This document shows positions 21,198 through 33,659 of a stretch of 64,000 nt of DNA, piece by piece. The notes beneath the pieces are model-generated. The model did no database searches. It saw only the letters and a list, made by a program, of their open reading frames with translations, and had not been told where the DNA came from. Both the position numbers and the translations under genes were made by a program. This DNA is from Halocafeteria seosinensis (Eukaryota): assembly GCA_001687465.1 (NCBI GenBank), contig LVLI01000050.1, positions 1-64,000 of the forward strand. Direction: 5' to 3'. Numbering within the stretch: position 1 is the stretch's first letter; every line of letters starts with the position of its first letter.

Positions 21198-23981
21198 ATG
21201 CCAGGTGCTGGAGGGTCTCCAATCCCCACCACTTTGATCAAGCCCAACACGCTAGATCATACGGAAATCGGGTTCAGACGCAATCTAGAAACGGCCATAC
21301 GATGCCGGTCGTCTAGTCAACTTCGAAGAAGCGCATTCAGACAGTCACAGTGGGATTATCGAAGCACGGTCGAAATCGCTCCCCAGGAATCGGTTGAATG
21401 CTTCAGCCAAGGCATCACCCTCTGTGTCGAGGGTCACCCTGGAGAAGCCATCCCATACTTGAACAAGACTTTACGGATCGAACCGTTTTTTGTGGACGCT
21501 TATTTTGTTAAAGGCCTTGCGTATCAGGACATGGGCAGATTGAGAGAGGCACTTGCCTGCTTCAATGCGGCTCTCAATATTGAATCTGAACGGTCCGATG
21601 TTTACACAGCTAAAGGACGAGCTCTGAGTTCCAGAAATAAGGAGCACGCTATCAGTTGTTACGAAGAGGCGATTCGAATTGACGACCTCAACGTGGACGC
21701 ATATTTATACAAAGGAGAAGACTTGGCTGATCTGGGGGCTATTGCCACTGCAGTTAGTTGTTTTGATGACGCACTTAGGATTCAGCCTACCAACACGGAA
21801 TTGCTTTTGCAAAAGGGAATGGTTCTCCAGCTTGTGCCGGATGCACAACAAGCTTTGCGGTGCTATGATAGAGTCCTGGTGCTTGATAATGACTGTAGAG
21901 ACGCCTACGTCCTGAAGGGACTTGCGATACAGCAACTAAAGGAGAACAAGTCGGTGCGAGAGTGTGTCGAAGAAGCATGGACGCCCGAACCTTGCGAACA
22001 TAGCAGACACCAACCCATTGAGACTATGTACAACAATGGTGATCATTATAATCTTGAACAAGCCATTGAGTGCTACAAGCAAAGTATACAACGCGATCCT
22101 GCGAGCAGACAGGGCTACCTGTTGCTGGGACATTTGTTACTGAAGACCGAGAACGGAGATGAAGCTATGAAATGCTACGAGGAGGGAATACAACGCATAC
22201 CAAATTTTACTGAGGCCTTCTACTTCATTGGGGAAATACTCCGAACGCATGGGAAGTACCAGAAAGCCTTGCATTGGCTCCATAAAGTGCTGCGCCATGA
22301 CAGCACCCGCTTCGCCGCCTATTATAGCAAGGGTAGAATCTATGAGGAGCAAAGGAGGTGGAAAAACGCCTTGGATAGCTACGATTCTGCGCTGAAGCTA
22401 AGGCCTGATTATGTTCCCGCTTATGTTGCAAAAGCTCGCACGTTCGAAGATTTAAACAAATGGAAGGAATCTCTCCAATGCTATAACGAAGCACTACGTC
22501 GGGACCCTGAAAACCCAGTCCTTGTGCTGCAGAAAGCCGTGGTATTCAATCGTATGCGGAAGCTTGATCTTTCATTTAGTGAGTGCAAAAAGTTGCACAG
22601 GCTATTGGCTGGGCACAAGCAATCTAGGTCCAGCACTCATAATGTATCCCGTTCATCCTTCAGCAGGGAGATGGTCGGCTTGTTACAGCGGGTGCGGGAT
22701 ATCGCCCAATTGGAAATTAAAGGATTGCAGCTTAAGGAGGCCCAGCAGGCTAACCAACTACTTCGAGACATTGCATCGTTTTTCAGGAACATGGACAGTC
22801 AACAAAAGGCCTCTTCAAAAGATGAAGCAGAATATCTTCGTAGACTGGAACAACTGGAAAAGGACGCAGTTAGGCGGTCCGAGGTGAGTGAGGCAATACA
22901 CCGAAACCCTTTCGAGAAGCGTAAGGCTATGTTGAAGAAGGATGTCTTCGCGGATAGGGAAAAGAAAGAGTACTTTTATGGATTCATTCAAACTTTCAAT
23001 CCTGTGTTCAACGCTGCCTTTATGGAGATGAGTGGGATGCTGCCTACGAAGCAGTCAGTGCCACCTGGTCAGATAGGGTGCTTACGGGACTATGTTGGAA
23101 GAGTTTCTCAGGGAGTTGAGCGATTTGTTAATTCTGTGTTCCCAGACGCATTCCGAGCACTCTCTAACGTACTGCTGCGTCCTCTAAATTGGTACTTCGA
23201 AAAACGAGAGGAAGAACAAAGACACAACATTGGCAGGCTTGCCACTGGAACTGACGTGATGCAAGAGATTGCCAGGATGGTTGCTTTGAGCTTGGCCTCA
23301 GAGGGTGACATCCGTGTTTGGGAAGCTGAAGACCAACCCCAAAGTCTTCGCGAGAGAGTAGCTGAGGCCGCCCGGCGATTGAAAGAGTCATTCTCTGCTA
23401 AAGCTCTCACTACTGATAGTGTCGGAGCAAGGAGAGGAGTCAAAGACGCCAGTATTCTTCTTGTTCTATGCAGAGGCGGAGAGGTGGAGAGTTATGACAC
23501 CAATGAAGAACAAATAGCAGAAATGCTGAATCATGTGAGGAGAATGCATCGCAATGGGAACGTTAGGGAGACAGAACCTGAGCCAGTGCGGGAAGAGTCC
23601 TTTGACACGCAGCGGTTTCGTTTCTCTCCCACGGTAGACTCTCTGAAGACAATTACCAATCGTCACTATGGTGGACGCTCTCAGAATCCGTTTAAACGCT
23701 CTCCGAAGTGGTTTTCTCGAAAGTTCCTGAAAAAGAAGTCGATTTCTCGTGGTCTTCGCCGAGGAAGGAAACATAACCCAAAGTTGGTGACCGGCAGAGA
23801 GATACGGGAATTCCTCACTAAACAGCCCTCGCTGCAGGCTTTAGACACTGATGATATTTCCTACTGGTTTGCGCACGCTCAAACTCCAACTACCGGTAAT
23901 CCCGTGCATGGAAGAACAGGACCCAGGGAAGCGGAGACCGACTTTGAGATAGATGGTGATCACGTTGCTGTCAACAGTTGA
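21198..23981 (+). CDS. Tetratricopeptide-repeat protein with coiled-coil and uncharacterised C-terminal region, 927 aa
   Basis: Roughly 11 34-aa repeats such as DAYFVKGLAYQDMGRLREALACFNAALNIE and AAYYSKGRIYEEQRRWKNALDSYDSALKLRP; single long ORF. Confidence 0.9.
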   Translation: MPGAGGSPIPTTLIKPNTLDHTEIGFRRNLETAIRCRSSSQLRRSAFRQSQWDYRSTVEIAPQESVECFSQGITLCVEGHPGEAIPYLNKTLRIEPFFVDAYFVKGLAYQDMGRLREALACFNAALNIESERSDVYTAKGRALSSRNKEHAISCYEEAIRIDDLNVDAYLYKGEDLADLGAIATAVSCFDDALRIQPTNTELLLQKGMVLQLVPDAQQALRCYDRVLVLDNDCRDAYVLKGLAIQQLKENKSVRECVEEAWTPEPCEHSRHQPIETMYNNGDHYNLEQAIECYKQSIQRDPASRQGYLLLGHLLLKTENGDEAMKCYEEGIQRIPNFTEAFYFIGEILRTHGKYQKALHWLHKVLRHDSTRFAAYYSKGRIYEEQRRWKNALDSYDSALKLRPDYVPAYVAKARTFEDLNKWKESLQCYNEALRRDPENPVLVLQKAVVFNRMRKLDLSFSECKKLHRLLAGHKQSRSSTHNVSRSSFSREMVGLLQRVRDIAQLEIKGLQLKEAQQANQLLRDIASFFRNMDSQQKASSKDEAEYLRRLEQLEKDAVRRSEVSEAIHRNPFEKRKAMLKKDVFADREKKEYFYGFIQTFNPVFNAAFMEMSGMLPTKQSVPPGQIGCLRDYVGRVSQGVERFVNSVFPDAFRALSNVLLRPLNWYFEKREEEQRHNIGRLATGTDVMQEIARMVALSLASEGDIRVWEAEDQPQSLRERVAEAARRLKESFSAKALTTDSVGARRGVKDASILLVLCRGGEVESYDTNEEQIAEMLNHVRRMHRNGNVRETEPEPVREESFDTQRFRFSPTVDSLKTITNRHYGGRSQNPFKRSPKWFSRKFLKKKSISRGLRRGRKHNPKLVTGREIREFLTKQPSLQALDTDDISYWFAHAQTPTTGNPVHGRTGPREAETDFEIDGDHVAVNS

Positions 23982-24825
23982 TGACTGGAATGCCCCGTGA
24001 GAGAATCAAACCTTCCTAGATTCGGTATAGCTAACTGGTTGACAATAAATGCATATCCACAACATTTTCTCTCCTCAACGTTGCTTGGGCGGTTTCTTTA
24101 TTCTGAATTCCTTGGAATCGGAATTGGAATACAACACAGTAGACATTATTAGATGTTAAATAATTAGAACATTCTGTAGCCTGCTGCCTAGATCACTAGG
24201 CACTACTACGTAAACCTACATTTTGAGTGCTGTACCGGTATTACCGTATGACAGTGCGGATCCAATCCATCCATCCCCCTTCGCAAAGGGGAGGAAATGG
24301 TTTTTTGTCGATATCTTCAACCGCGTGGCTGAATACCATGACCCACTCTCATATACATATATGTTATACAGAGTTAGTTTGCATACTTGTTACAAGTGAC
24401 AATACTCTCCTGCTACTAGGTAGTACTGTTTTGGAGGGCATCCTATTTTATGAGAAAAGAAACCCCTCGGAACAAGCCAAAGAAACGTGGTTAAAGGCGT
24501 ATTTCGTCCAGAAAGAAAGGATTGCATGACCATACACGCACTGAACGGTGTGTCAGACCATAGCAGCTATTGTATGAGGTGAGAAAGCGTGGAATGAGGC
24601 GATAAAGAGCCATACCATATATGATATACATGTATGGAGAGAGGGGACGGTAGTCAGTCCCTTTTTGGAAGCACTTTTGAGAGTGGGAGACTCGTGAGAG
24701 ACTGAATAGAGGGCCTTGTAGAAAGCTACGTATTGTTATAACAATTTGATTTAGTGAAATCTCCGCGTTTCCGAAGCCATTCAAGCATATGACGGTATCT
24801 GTACGTGTTTAGTTCAGACATTCAG

Positions 24826-27800
24826 ATGGTTCGAGGGCAGCGCAGCCGCAGCACATGTGGTAGTTACTGGGGAACGATTTCACAAGGTATATTAAGGTTG
24901 ACAGCCCTATTAGCATTTTGCAGGTGCTACACAACAGCCGGGAATGACCTTCAAAATTACATTAAAGCAGGTTCAGTTGGCTGCGTAACGTGGAATTCGG
25001 GCACCCAAACGTTTGAACTGTATTGTGCTGTGACCTGGACAGGCAATAATTTTATTACTCTTCATGCCAATGAGATCTTTGATGGCAAGGACTATAACTT
25101 TGAACTAGGAGGCGTGACTGATTTCGAAGGGCTTTTCAAGATTGCCAGGGATGTCAGTAGCTATGCTGAGGCTCCAACAATTCGCAATTTGCATATCCGA
25201 GGTGGCAAAACGAGCCTTGGCGCAGGCTTTCTTGTTCAGGCAAACCAACAGTTTTTTATTGTCGACTCCTGTAGTTCCTCGGGCACCATCACTGGAGAAG
25301 CCGGTGTTTTTTATTTTTTTGGAAGTGGCGGCATATGTGGCCACTCATGCGCAGAGAAGGGGCAAATCAAGATCTCCAATTCATTTTCCACTGGAGATGT
25401 TTCTTCTAGAGGGGGAGGTGGAATTGCAGGAGCATGGGCAGGGCAAAACGGAGGAATTGTTAACATTTCCAATTGCGGGTCGAGTGGGAAACTACAGGGA
25501 CAACCGGGAGCTTCCACTTTTGTAAACGTCGGAGGCATTTGTGGCGCATTTTGTGGTGCATACGGAGGCCAAATTTTCATTGTCGACTCATTCTCGAAGG
25601 GAGAAATAGCTGGGGTTGAGAGTGGTGGCATTGTTGGCGGAGAGACTGGTTTTAGCGGTGGATTGGTTGTGATCGAGCAGTGTCATTCGACGGGAGACAT
25701 CACAGCAGCTAGTGGCGGTGGAATCACTGGGGATGACCCTGCGCATGGAGATGCGGAAGTGCGCATTTTCCAGTGTTATAGTACCGGAAAGATCGAAGGA
25801 AACAATGCAGGGGGTATATGTGGCCAATTTGAGTATAATGAATTCAAAGCGTGCCCAGAGGCGGAACCGTCTACATCAGTCAATCCTACTCTACCGGAGA
25901 AATAGCTGGACAAAAAAGTGGCGGTATAACGGGAAGGGATACAGGAAAATCTAGTAACAAGGTAGACATCACTGATTGCTACAGCACGGGGAAAATCAGT
26001 GGATCGAGTGCAGGCGGCATTTGTGGGGCTGGTACCCAAGGCACTGTGAATATCAAACACTCGTATGCATCGGGGGTGCTTGATCGACGTAATATGGGAG
26101 GCATTATAGGCAATATACATGGTGGTTCGTCCTCCATCACTGTCACATATTCGGTGTATAATGGACAGAATGGAGGCAGCAACCGGGTAGCAGGCCCTGG
26201 CAGCAACCAGTACGACCTCGGCACCTATTCAAGCAACGTAAATTGCATTAGAGGTGAGCTTTATCACGCCTCCGGAATGCAAGTTTGGTCCGACAGGGTA
26301 TGGGCTATAAACGGTACCGATGAATTTCCTGTATTACGCTTTCAGCTGCCAACACCAAGTCCCACTGCGTCAGCTACAGCCTCAATAACCCCGTCTCCAT
26401 CTTCGACCAAGACTCCGAGTAATACACCATCCAACACGAAAACTGCTACGTCTTCGAAGACTCCGAGTGGTACACCTACGAGGACTTCAACTGTTACTTT
26501 GACAAGGACTCCGAGCAACTCAGGTACGGCAAGCCGAACTCCTCCAGCCACGGGGACGTCGAGTAGCACGCCAACGGGAAGCAGAAGTCCTACTTACACC
26601 GGGACTCCTAGTGAAACACGTACCAGCACTCATACTCCGACGTCGACTGAGACTCCAACAAGTACGAGAACTACTACTTCAACTTTGACTGAAACTCCGA
26701 GCGCAACTGCAACAGTGACAAGGACCGAAACTACCACTCCTAGCAGAACCCCCGCTGGTACCGCAACCTGTACACCGTCAAAGACTCCAAGTAACACGGC
26801 TACGGCTTCTCGAACCTCGACCAGCACAAGCACTTCTAGCGAAACGAGCACGAGCACTGCGAGCTCTTCACCCTCGAAGACCGGCACGTCGACTCTGACT
26901 CCGACTCACACCCCGACGGAAACAACTACGACGACCAAAACAAGCACAAGTACAAGCACTTCTAGCGAATCCAGAACAAGCACTCCGACGCATAGCCGAA
27001 CGACAACGACTACACCGTCCCAAACAAGTACAAGTACTTCTAGAGAAACGAGAACGAGCACTCCAACGTATAGCCCGACGAAAACAACTGCATCGACCCA
27101 AACAAGCACGAGTACTAACTCGGCTACTTCAAGCAGGTCTTCTACGTCGACTGGTAGCTCCAGTGAAACAGTTACAAGGGATTCGACAGTCTCTTCTACT
27201 ACCACTCGCAGCCCAACCTTGACACAAACCCTGACACCGACGTCCACTTCGTCACCTAGTATGACAGCAGCGGAGACTTCAACATCTAGTGCCACACCAT
27301 CTCCTACCAAAAGTATTACGCCTTCTGTTTCTACTACATCGTCGACAACTTCCACATTTAGGACTCTTGCTGGAGGAGACCATAACTCATCCGAGTCAAG
27401 AGGATCTGGAGGGAGTACTATAGCATCTGCCCTACGGTTCTCCGTACCGGCTACATTGGCTGGAGCTATAGTGGTATGGATCATCTATCTCGGATATAGA
27501 CGAAGAAAGAACGAAACAGTCGCGAAAGCTTCGCATGATCCTCGAGCAATGTATGCAACCCAACTTGGGATCCCTTTGGACAGCCTGAAGCTGATGTCTA
27601 GTTTGGAACCTGTTTCCAGTGCCCCAACTCATGTGTCTCTGAACCAACCCGATGGAGGCCCATTGCTATCGGGGACGGGAGAGGAAAGCATTATGCGTCA
27701 GTATTCAAGAACCTCACAAATGTATGGGGTAAATCCCTTAGGAGAGGCAAAACTTGCTCATATCAATCCTTTGGCGGCAGGACCTCACATGAATCGGGCC

Positions 27801-28508
27801 GAACAAACTGAATCCAAGTCGCGGCAGCAAATTGTAACTGATAAATTCTCTCTCAAACCTGGTACAACAGACCGCCGAAACATCAAATCATATGAGCTTG
27901 CAGGTGCTGAAGCGGGCACACAGTTGGCCGGTTTTGCTTTTGGAAGCATGGTCGTGCGTGCTGGTGAGAGTAGGAGGCACCAACCTCGAGTTCTCCTCGT
28001 AGACGCCAGTGCTCAATCAGCTGGCTCTGCCGACTCGGTTCGCATAGTGTCTACAAAAACCCCAAGGTTGGAGAGTGGGCAGAAGCATGGCAACCGGACT
28101 CTGCAAGTTGCTGTTGCCGCTGATGTGGATACAACGCAACTCAGACATCTTGATCGAACTCGACTGAAGCTGCGACATTGGAAAGCACGGCTATTAGCAG
28201 AACCACCTCCGTTGATTCAAGTGGAAACCGGTAGTCCTGTCGCGTCTGGAGTATCTGGGGCGGTGGGAGAAAGCTCCTGCCAGCGGTCGGTGTCTGAGGG
28301 TTATGCCACTTCTCCGCTACATGGTGGTGGCCGCGTTCGTCGCTTGGAGTTCGCTAGCTCGAGAGCTGGTGCTAGCAGCGTCGGGAGTGGACTTTCTCAC
28401 GAAACCAAGGAGCATCATCGTAGCCAACTTCGTCTCGAGGATGACCCTTCAAAGATGTTTTTCACTCCCCAAGTACCCCGAAGTAGAAGAGCATTATCTT
28501 TGTACTGA
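24826..28508 (+). pseudogene. GLUG-like TM receptor (9 coils, stalk, TM, conserved cytoplasmic domain) split by one frameshift near 25850; pseudogene or assembly error
   Basis: ORFs 24805..25905 and 25851..28508 join into one family member; TM ALRFSVPATLAGAIVVWIIYLGY then RRRK. Confidence 0.75.
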
Positions 28509-30188
28509 GTGGTTTACTCATTCATGCGGCTCCTCTAAAGTGCCAGTGACCGGCATACCAGCAGCTTTCGAATGTGCGCTAGTTTGTACTCCCTCCGAAG
28601 AAAGTTTTCACTCCACCAAGCTCCCGAAGCAAATGAGCATGGTCTTTTTACAAGTGGGTGTGAGATGGTCAAGCTCATAGCTCTTAGGTTTACTCAATTT
28701 TGTGCACTGCTCAAGTGTTGTTATTGTTTCTTCCAAGCAATTCTTGTGTCTACTGAGGTTCTCTGTTTGTGCAGCTGACGAGAATCACGGGAACGAGGAA
28801 CGATTGTTTGCCTGAATAGGACACATAAAGGTTTAGTTAACGATCGAACCCCAACACTTTGACCCCAAAGTTCTCGAGCCTTGAGTTTTATAGCGTTTGC
28901 CCACGTCGAGGCGTAATCCTTTCCGTATGATGAGCCGTGTGCTAATTTGAACAACCGCTCCATGCCCCACTCAAAACCAAATCCTACGACAAATTGGGAA
29001 AGATATCCAGTTGATGGTGATGCTGTGTGATTCTCACCAAGAATCTGCGTACAATTCCAGCCAAACTGCCTCCATAGAGGTTCCACTACTCTACCCTAAC
29101 CAGTTATGTGGTACGATGATAAATGGTTTTAAGTGTGATTTTGGAATACACGTATGCGCAGGTTATTTCCCTTCTTCATTCCCCTTCTTCTTTACTTCTT
29201 CTTTTTGTAGTAGGCATTAGGCAAGGCATCCTTCTCAGTTCATGGGTAGGAACTCCATTGTGCACAGTCGTGATAGATTAACTTGACTACAATATATCCG
29301 ACCTACATTATTAGCTATCCCCACTGAGAATAAACAAAGGATTTGTCCATCGGAGTATGGCATGTTATCCTGGTGCGGGCAGGAAGTGGAAACTCCCCAC
29401 CGCAAAGTAACTCAAACAGTACCTGTGACCACTGTGGACAACAATGTAGCAACCAAGAAAAGAGGTTAACGGCGTATTTCGCACTCTAAGAAAAAGATTT
29501 GTAACAAAATCAACACATGTGAGATAGTGGATGGCATGTGAGGCTGTTGGTGGTGCGAACAAGGTAAGACACTCTAACGCTGCGAGTGGACAAATGGGAC
29601 ACAAGAGCCTCTGCGAGTGTAAAAAGCTGCCTGGCTGCTGTGTCTAGTGCTTTGGTACCGGCAGCTAGTCCAGAATTTCTTTGTTTACCTCTAGACTTGT
29701 TAACTGCAGACATAGGGAGATAAGCTATACTTGTACAGTACAGTATACGGCAGTGAAGAAAGAGGCCCTACTTCCTCTGCGATGCAATCGGCATACAGTA
29801 TTCATACTGACTGGAAAGGGTTGGACGACAGTATATTGCATCATAGATAGTACCATATGGTTGTATGTGGGGTGCTAAGCTGTTGTATATTGTACAATGT
29901 GGTACTAGAGGGGGGAACGAAAAAGGGGCCCCCGTCTTGTTCCGCCGATTTGGGTTTGGAGCCTATTTTCATGTCTTTTCTGTGTACAGACGGAAGGAAA
30001 ACTAGAAACACCAGCTATAATACACGTCATTCTCCCGTGGGAGGGCAATCGAGGAGGTCCAAACGGAGCTTAATATCGAGACTGAAGCGAACCTTTGGCT
30101 CATGCAGAGTACATAATGGTTCCTGGTGTCTGTACAGTATACTGACCCATTGCTCTGCTGTTGTTTTCGTAAGACGTTTTGGAAAGTA

Positions 30189-33100
30189 ATGGAATCTTCA
30201 GTCAACCAACGACCACGTATGGTGTCCGGAATTGTAATGTTTACCATCATGGCATGTGTCATAAGAGTGGTAAATGTGTTTGGACGGAATATCGGAAATG
30301 GAACGAAGCGTATACGCTGCGCTTCATCCAGAATGCCTCGGATGACAAGCCAATGCACCGCAATGGGGATTGCCTTTTTCCACTACTACTGCTCTTCTGT
30401 GTCAAGGGCTGGTGGTATACGCGATGACATTATCGACAACGGCTACAGCTGCTTTTCGTACAGTAGCAAGAAGTTCACGATGACCTGTCCTACCTTTCAG
30501 TGGAATACTCAATTTGTCAACAATGATTATATTTCTCTTGAAGCGAATGAAATATTTGACGGGAATGGAAATACGATTGACCTCGGTGGCATATCAAATT
30601 TTAAAGGTCTGTTTAAGATTGAAGGCGTGAACATATTCAGCCAAGCTCCCACGATTCGGAATTTGCATATGAGAGACGGGGAAACAGCGTCACGCGCAGG
30701 ATTCATTGTTAAAGCGGAGCAGAACTTTGCTATTGTAGAATCATGCAGTTCTACCGGAAAGATTGCAAGCGATGTTAAAGGTGGAAACAGAGGTGGTATA
30801 TGCGGTTTCAGATGGGGTGCTGGAGGCCGAGTTTCTATTTCGGATTCGTTTTCGACCGGAGCAATCACCGCGTCAAACGGGGGTGGCATAACGGGAGCGT
30901 ACACTGGAGCTGACGATGGTATGGTGAACATTACAAACTGTTATTCTGAAGGAGACCTAGCCGTAGACGCCGGTGGTATCTGTGGATCATGGGCGGGGAA
31001 TAACAATGGCAACGTCTACATACAGCGATCGTATTCCATTGGCAAAATTGAAGGGGATGAAAGTGGAGGCATCGTGGGTGATAGCTCCGGGCAGGTCTAC
31101 ATCAAGGAGTGCTACTCTACTGGAGACATTACTGGAGCAGAGAGTGGTGGTATTACAGGAGATGATACAGCTCATGCAGATGGCAGAGTCGAAATTACTG
31201 ACTGCTATACCACCGGTGAAATTAGCGGATGGAAAGCTGGGAGAATCTGTGGGGATACTACCGTCGTTATTAGAAACACATACGCTTCAGGAGATGTAGG
31301 CCATAATACAGGTGGTATCATAGGAAGTATCAGAGATGATTCATGTATCACTATTCGGTATTCAGTGTACAATGGAGATTGGTGGGAGATAGTAGGCGAT
31401 GGAGCGTACCAAGCAGGACACAACACCAACTCGGACGACCTGAATAGCATTAAAGGAAAGCTTTATCGCCATGAGGGGGAACAGAAATGGTCCCATACTG
31501 TATGGGCTACGAAAGGACCAGAAGAGCTTCCGATGTTGCGTTTTCAGCTGCCAACCCCCAGCCCTACTCAATCAGCTACAGCTTCTATCACCCCCTCTCG
31601 AACATCGACCAGGACCCCGAGTCGTACACCATCCAGGACAGGAACTGCTACGTCGTCAATAACACCAACCCGTACACCGACGAGAACCGGAACCCCTACT
31701 TCGACAAGGACTCCTAGCAACACACCTAGTGCAACCCGAACGCCTACCTCTACCAGGACGCCGAGCAACACTCCTACAGGGAGCTATAGTTCTACTTCTA
31801 CAAGCACCCCCAGTGTTACAAGTACGAGGACTCCAACATGGACGTCGACTGAGACTCCCAGTCAAACAAGCACGACTACACCCACTTCGACATCGACATC
31901 AACCGGAACATCTACCAGTAGTGAAACAAGCTCCAGAACTCAAACACAGACAGCATCAAAGACTCCGAGCGAAACAAGTACGAGGACTGTTACTCCGACC
32001 TCTACTGAAAGTCGTAGTGACACAAGTTCGAGAACTCCAACAGCGACACCATCTGAGACTCCGAGCGAAACAAGTACGAGGACTGGTACTCCGACCTCTA
32101 CTGGAACTCGTAGTGACACATGCTCGAGAACTCCAACAGCGACACCATCCGAGACTCCGAGCGAAACAAGTACGAGGACTGGTACTCCGACCTCTTCCGG
32201 AACTCCTAGGGACACAAGCTCGAGAACTCCAACAGCGATGTCATCCGAGACTCCGAGCGAAACAAGTACGAGGACTGGTACTCTGACGTCCACTGGAACT
32301 CCTAGCACAACGATGACCAAGACGAAGGCACCGACGGCCACTTCAACCCAAACACCTACACGAACAACGACATCTACTGCTTCACATACGCCCACCACTA
32401 CGGCTACGACCACTGAAACCCCTAGTATGACAAGAAGTGGTACACTATCTTCCACAAGCTCTACCTCAGGAACTGTATCCAGTTTTGTATCTCCCACAAC
32501 TAGCATGACAGCATCGCTTCCTGGCACAATGTCGCCTACTTCGAGTTGGAGAGCAGTTGCTGGAGTAGAAAGCCTATCAGGGTCAAGCGATAGCGGAATA
32601 GCTTCTGCTATGAGAATTTCTGTTCCGGCTGCGTTGGTTGGAGCTATAGCAGTGTCAATTATGTACCTCGTATATTGGCGGAGGAGGAACGAAACGGAAG
32701 CAAAAGCTTCGAATGATCCTCGAGCAATGTACGCAACCCAGCTTGGAGTTCCTTTGGAGAGTTTGAAGCTAATGTCTAGCTTGAAGGGTGGTTCGAACGC
32801 TCTAGATTACATGCCTTCGGTCCAAGCTCAGGGAAACTCTTTGATAGCAGAGAGAGGACACGAACAGAGTATGCGTCAGCATCCAGAGCGCTCCCAAGTC
32901 TACGCTACAAGTCCCTCAGGAGAGGCAAGACTGGCCCACATCAATCCTTTAGCCTCAAATGCTGAAAAACTTCGAGCTAAGCAGACTGAATCCAAGCCGA
33001 GAAAGCAAACTGTAGCTGATAAATTCTCCCTGAAGTCCGCAAAGATGGATCAACGAAATATTAAGTTATATGGCGTTTCTGGTGTTCAGTGTAGTACAGA

Positions 33101-33659
33101 GTCTGCCGACTATGCTGTAAGAAGCATGACCGTGGGTGCTGGGGAGCCAGTAAAGAACCAGCCTCGCGTCATCCTGTTGGATATAAATAATCAATCAGCA
33201 CTCGCTTCAGGATCCGTTCGCATAGTGTCTACGAAAGTACCAAGGTTGGAGAGTGGCCGGAGGCATTGCTCTGAAGCCGCGAACCGGACCATGCAGGTTG
33301 CAGTCGCCGCTGATGTGGATACAAGTCAACTGAGACACCTAGATAGAGCGCGATTGAAACTTCGACACTGGAAAGCACGACTACTGGCAGAACCTCCTCC
33401 ATTGATACATGTTGAANCTCGTTATTCTCCCGAATCTGAAGCACCTGATGCGTCGGAAGCATCCGGGTCTGATGGTTACGCGTCGTCCCCAATTTTTGGC
33501 CGTGGCCATGTTCGCCGCTTGGAATTCGCCAGCTCTAGACCTGGTGCAGGGCTCTCTCGCGAAACCAAGGAGCACCATCGTAGTCAACTTGAGGACGACG
33601 CACCAAAGAAGGTCTTCACGCCCCAAGCTCCCCGAAGTAAACGATTATCGTTGCACTAA
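30189..33659 (+). CDS. GLUG-like TM receptor, 7 coils, long stalk, TM, conserved cytoplasmic domain
   Basis: 1177-aa ORF (track start 30126, first ATG 30189); TM ISVPAALVGAIAVSIMYLVYW-RRRN; one N at 33417. Confidence 0.9.
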   Translation: MESSVNQRPRMVSGIVMFTIMACVIRVVNVFGRNIGNGTKRIRCASSRMPRMTSQCTAMGIAFFHYYCSSVSRAGGIRDDIIDNGYSCFSYSSKKFTMTCPTFQWNTQFVNNDYISLEANEIFDGNGNTIDLGGISNFKGLFKIEGVNIFSQAPTIRNLHMRDGETASRAGFIVKAEQNFAIVESCSSTGKIASDVKGGNRGGICGFRWGAGGRVSISDSFSTGAITASNGGGITGAYTGADDGMVNITNCYSEGDLAVDAGGICGSWAGNNNGNVYIQRSYSIGKIEGDESGGIVGDSSGQVYIKECYSTGDITGAESGGITGDDTAHADGRVEITDCYTTGEISGWKAGRICGDTTVVIRNTYASGDVGHNTGGIIGSIRDDSCITIRYSVYNGDWWEIVGDGAYQAGHNTNSDDLNSIKGKLYRHEGEQKWSHTVWATKGPEELPMLRFQLPTPSPTQSATASITPSRTSTRTPSRTPSRTGTATSSITPTRTPTRTGTPTSTRTPSNTPSATRTPTSTRTPSNTPTGSYSSTSTSTPSVTSTRTPTWTSTETPSQTSTTTPTSTSTSTGTSTSSETSSRTQTQTASKTPSETSTRTVTPTSTESRSDTSSRTPTATPSETPSETSTRTGTPTSTGTRSDTCSRTPTATPSETPSETSTRTGTPTSSGTPRDTSSRTPTAMSSETPSETSTRTGTLTSTGTPSTTMTKTKAPTATSTQTPTRTTTSTASHTPTTTATTTETPSMTRSGTLSSTSSTSGTVSSFVSPTTSMTASLPGTMSPTSSWRAVAGVESLSGSSDSGIASAMRISVPAALVGAIAVSIMYLVYWRRRNETEAKASNDPRAMYATQLGVPLESLKLMSSLKGGSNALDYMPSVQAQGNSLIAERGHEQSMRQHPERSQVYATSPSGEARLAHINPLASNAEKLRAKQTESKPRKQTVADKFSLKSAKMDQRNIKLYGVSGVQCSTESADYAVRSMTVGAGEPVKNQPRVILLDINNQSALASGSVRIVSTKVPRLESGRRHCSEAANRTMQVAVAADVDTSQLRHLDRARLKLRHWKARLLAEPPPLIHVEXRYSPESEAPDASEASGSDGYASSPIFGRGHVRRLEFASSRPGAGLSRETKEHHRSQLEDDAPKKVFTPQAPRSKRLSLH
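31961..32300 (+). repeat. 96-nt coding tandem repeat in stalk (about 3.5 units)
   Basis: gactccgagcgaaacaagtacgaggact recurs at 31961, 32057, 32153 and 32249. Confidence 0.9.

Noticed and set aside
25830..25870. Programmed ribosomal frameshift joining 24805..25905 and 25851..28508
   Set aside because: No slippery heptamer, and frameshift positions differ between paralogues; mutation or consensus error is simpler.
28335..28356. RRLEF as a cyclin-docking RxL motif in the tail
   Set aside because: Motif too short and degenerate to support a functional call from sequence alone.
31961..32300. Regularly spaced repeats as a possible CRISPR array
   Set aside because: Whole units repeat with no unique spacers, lengths are multiples of three inside an ORF, and no cas genes are present.
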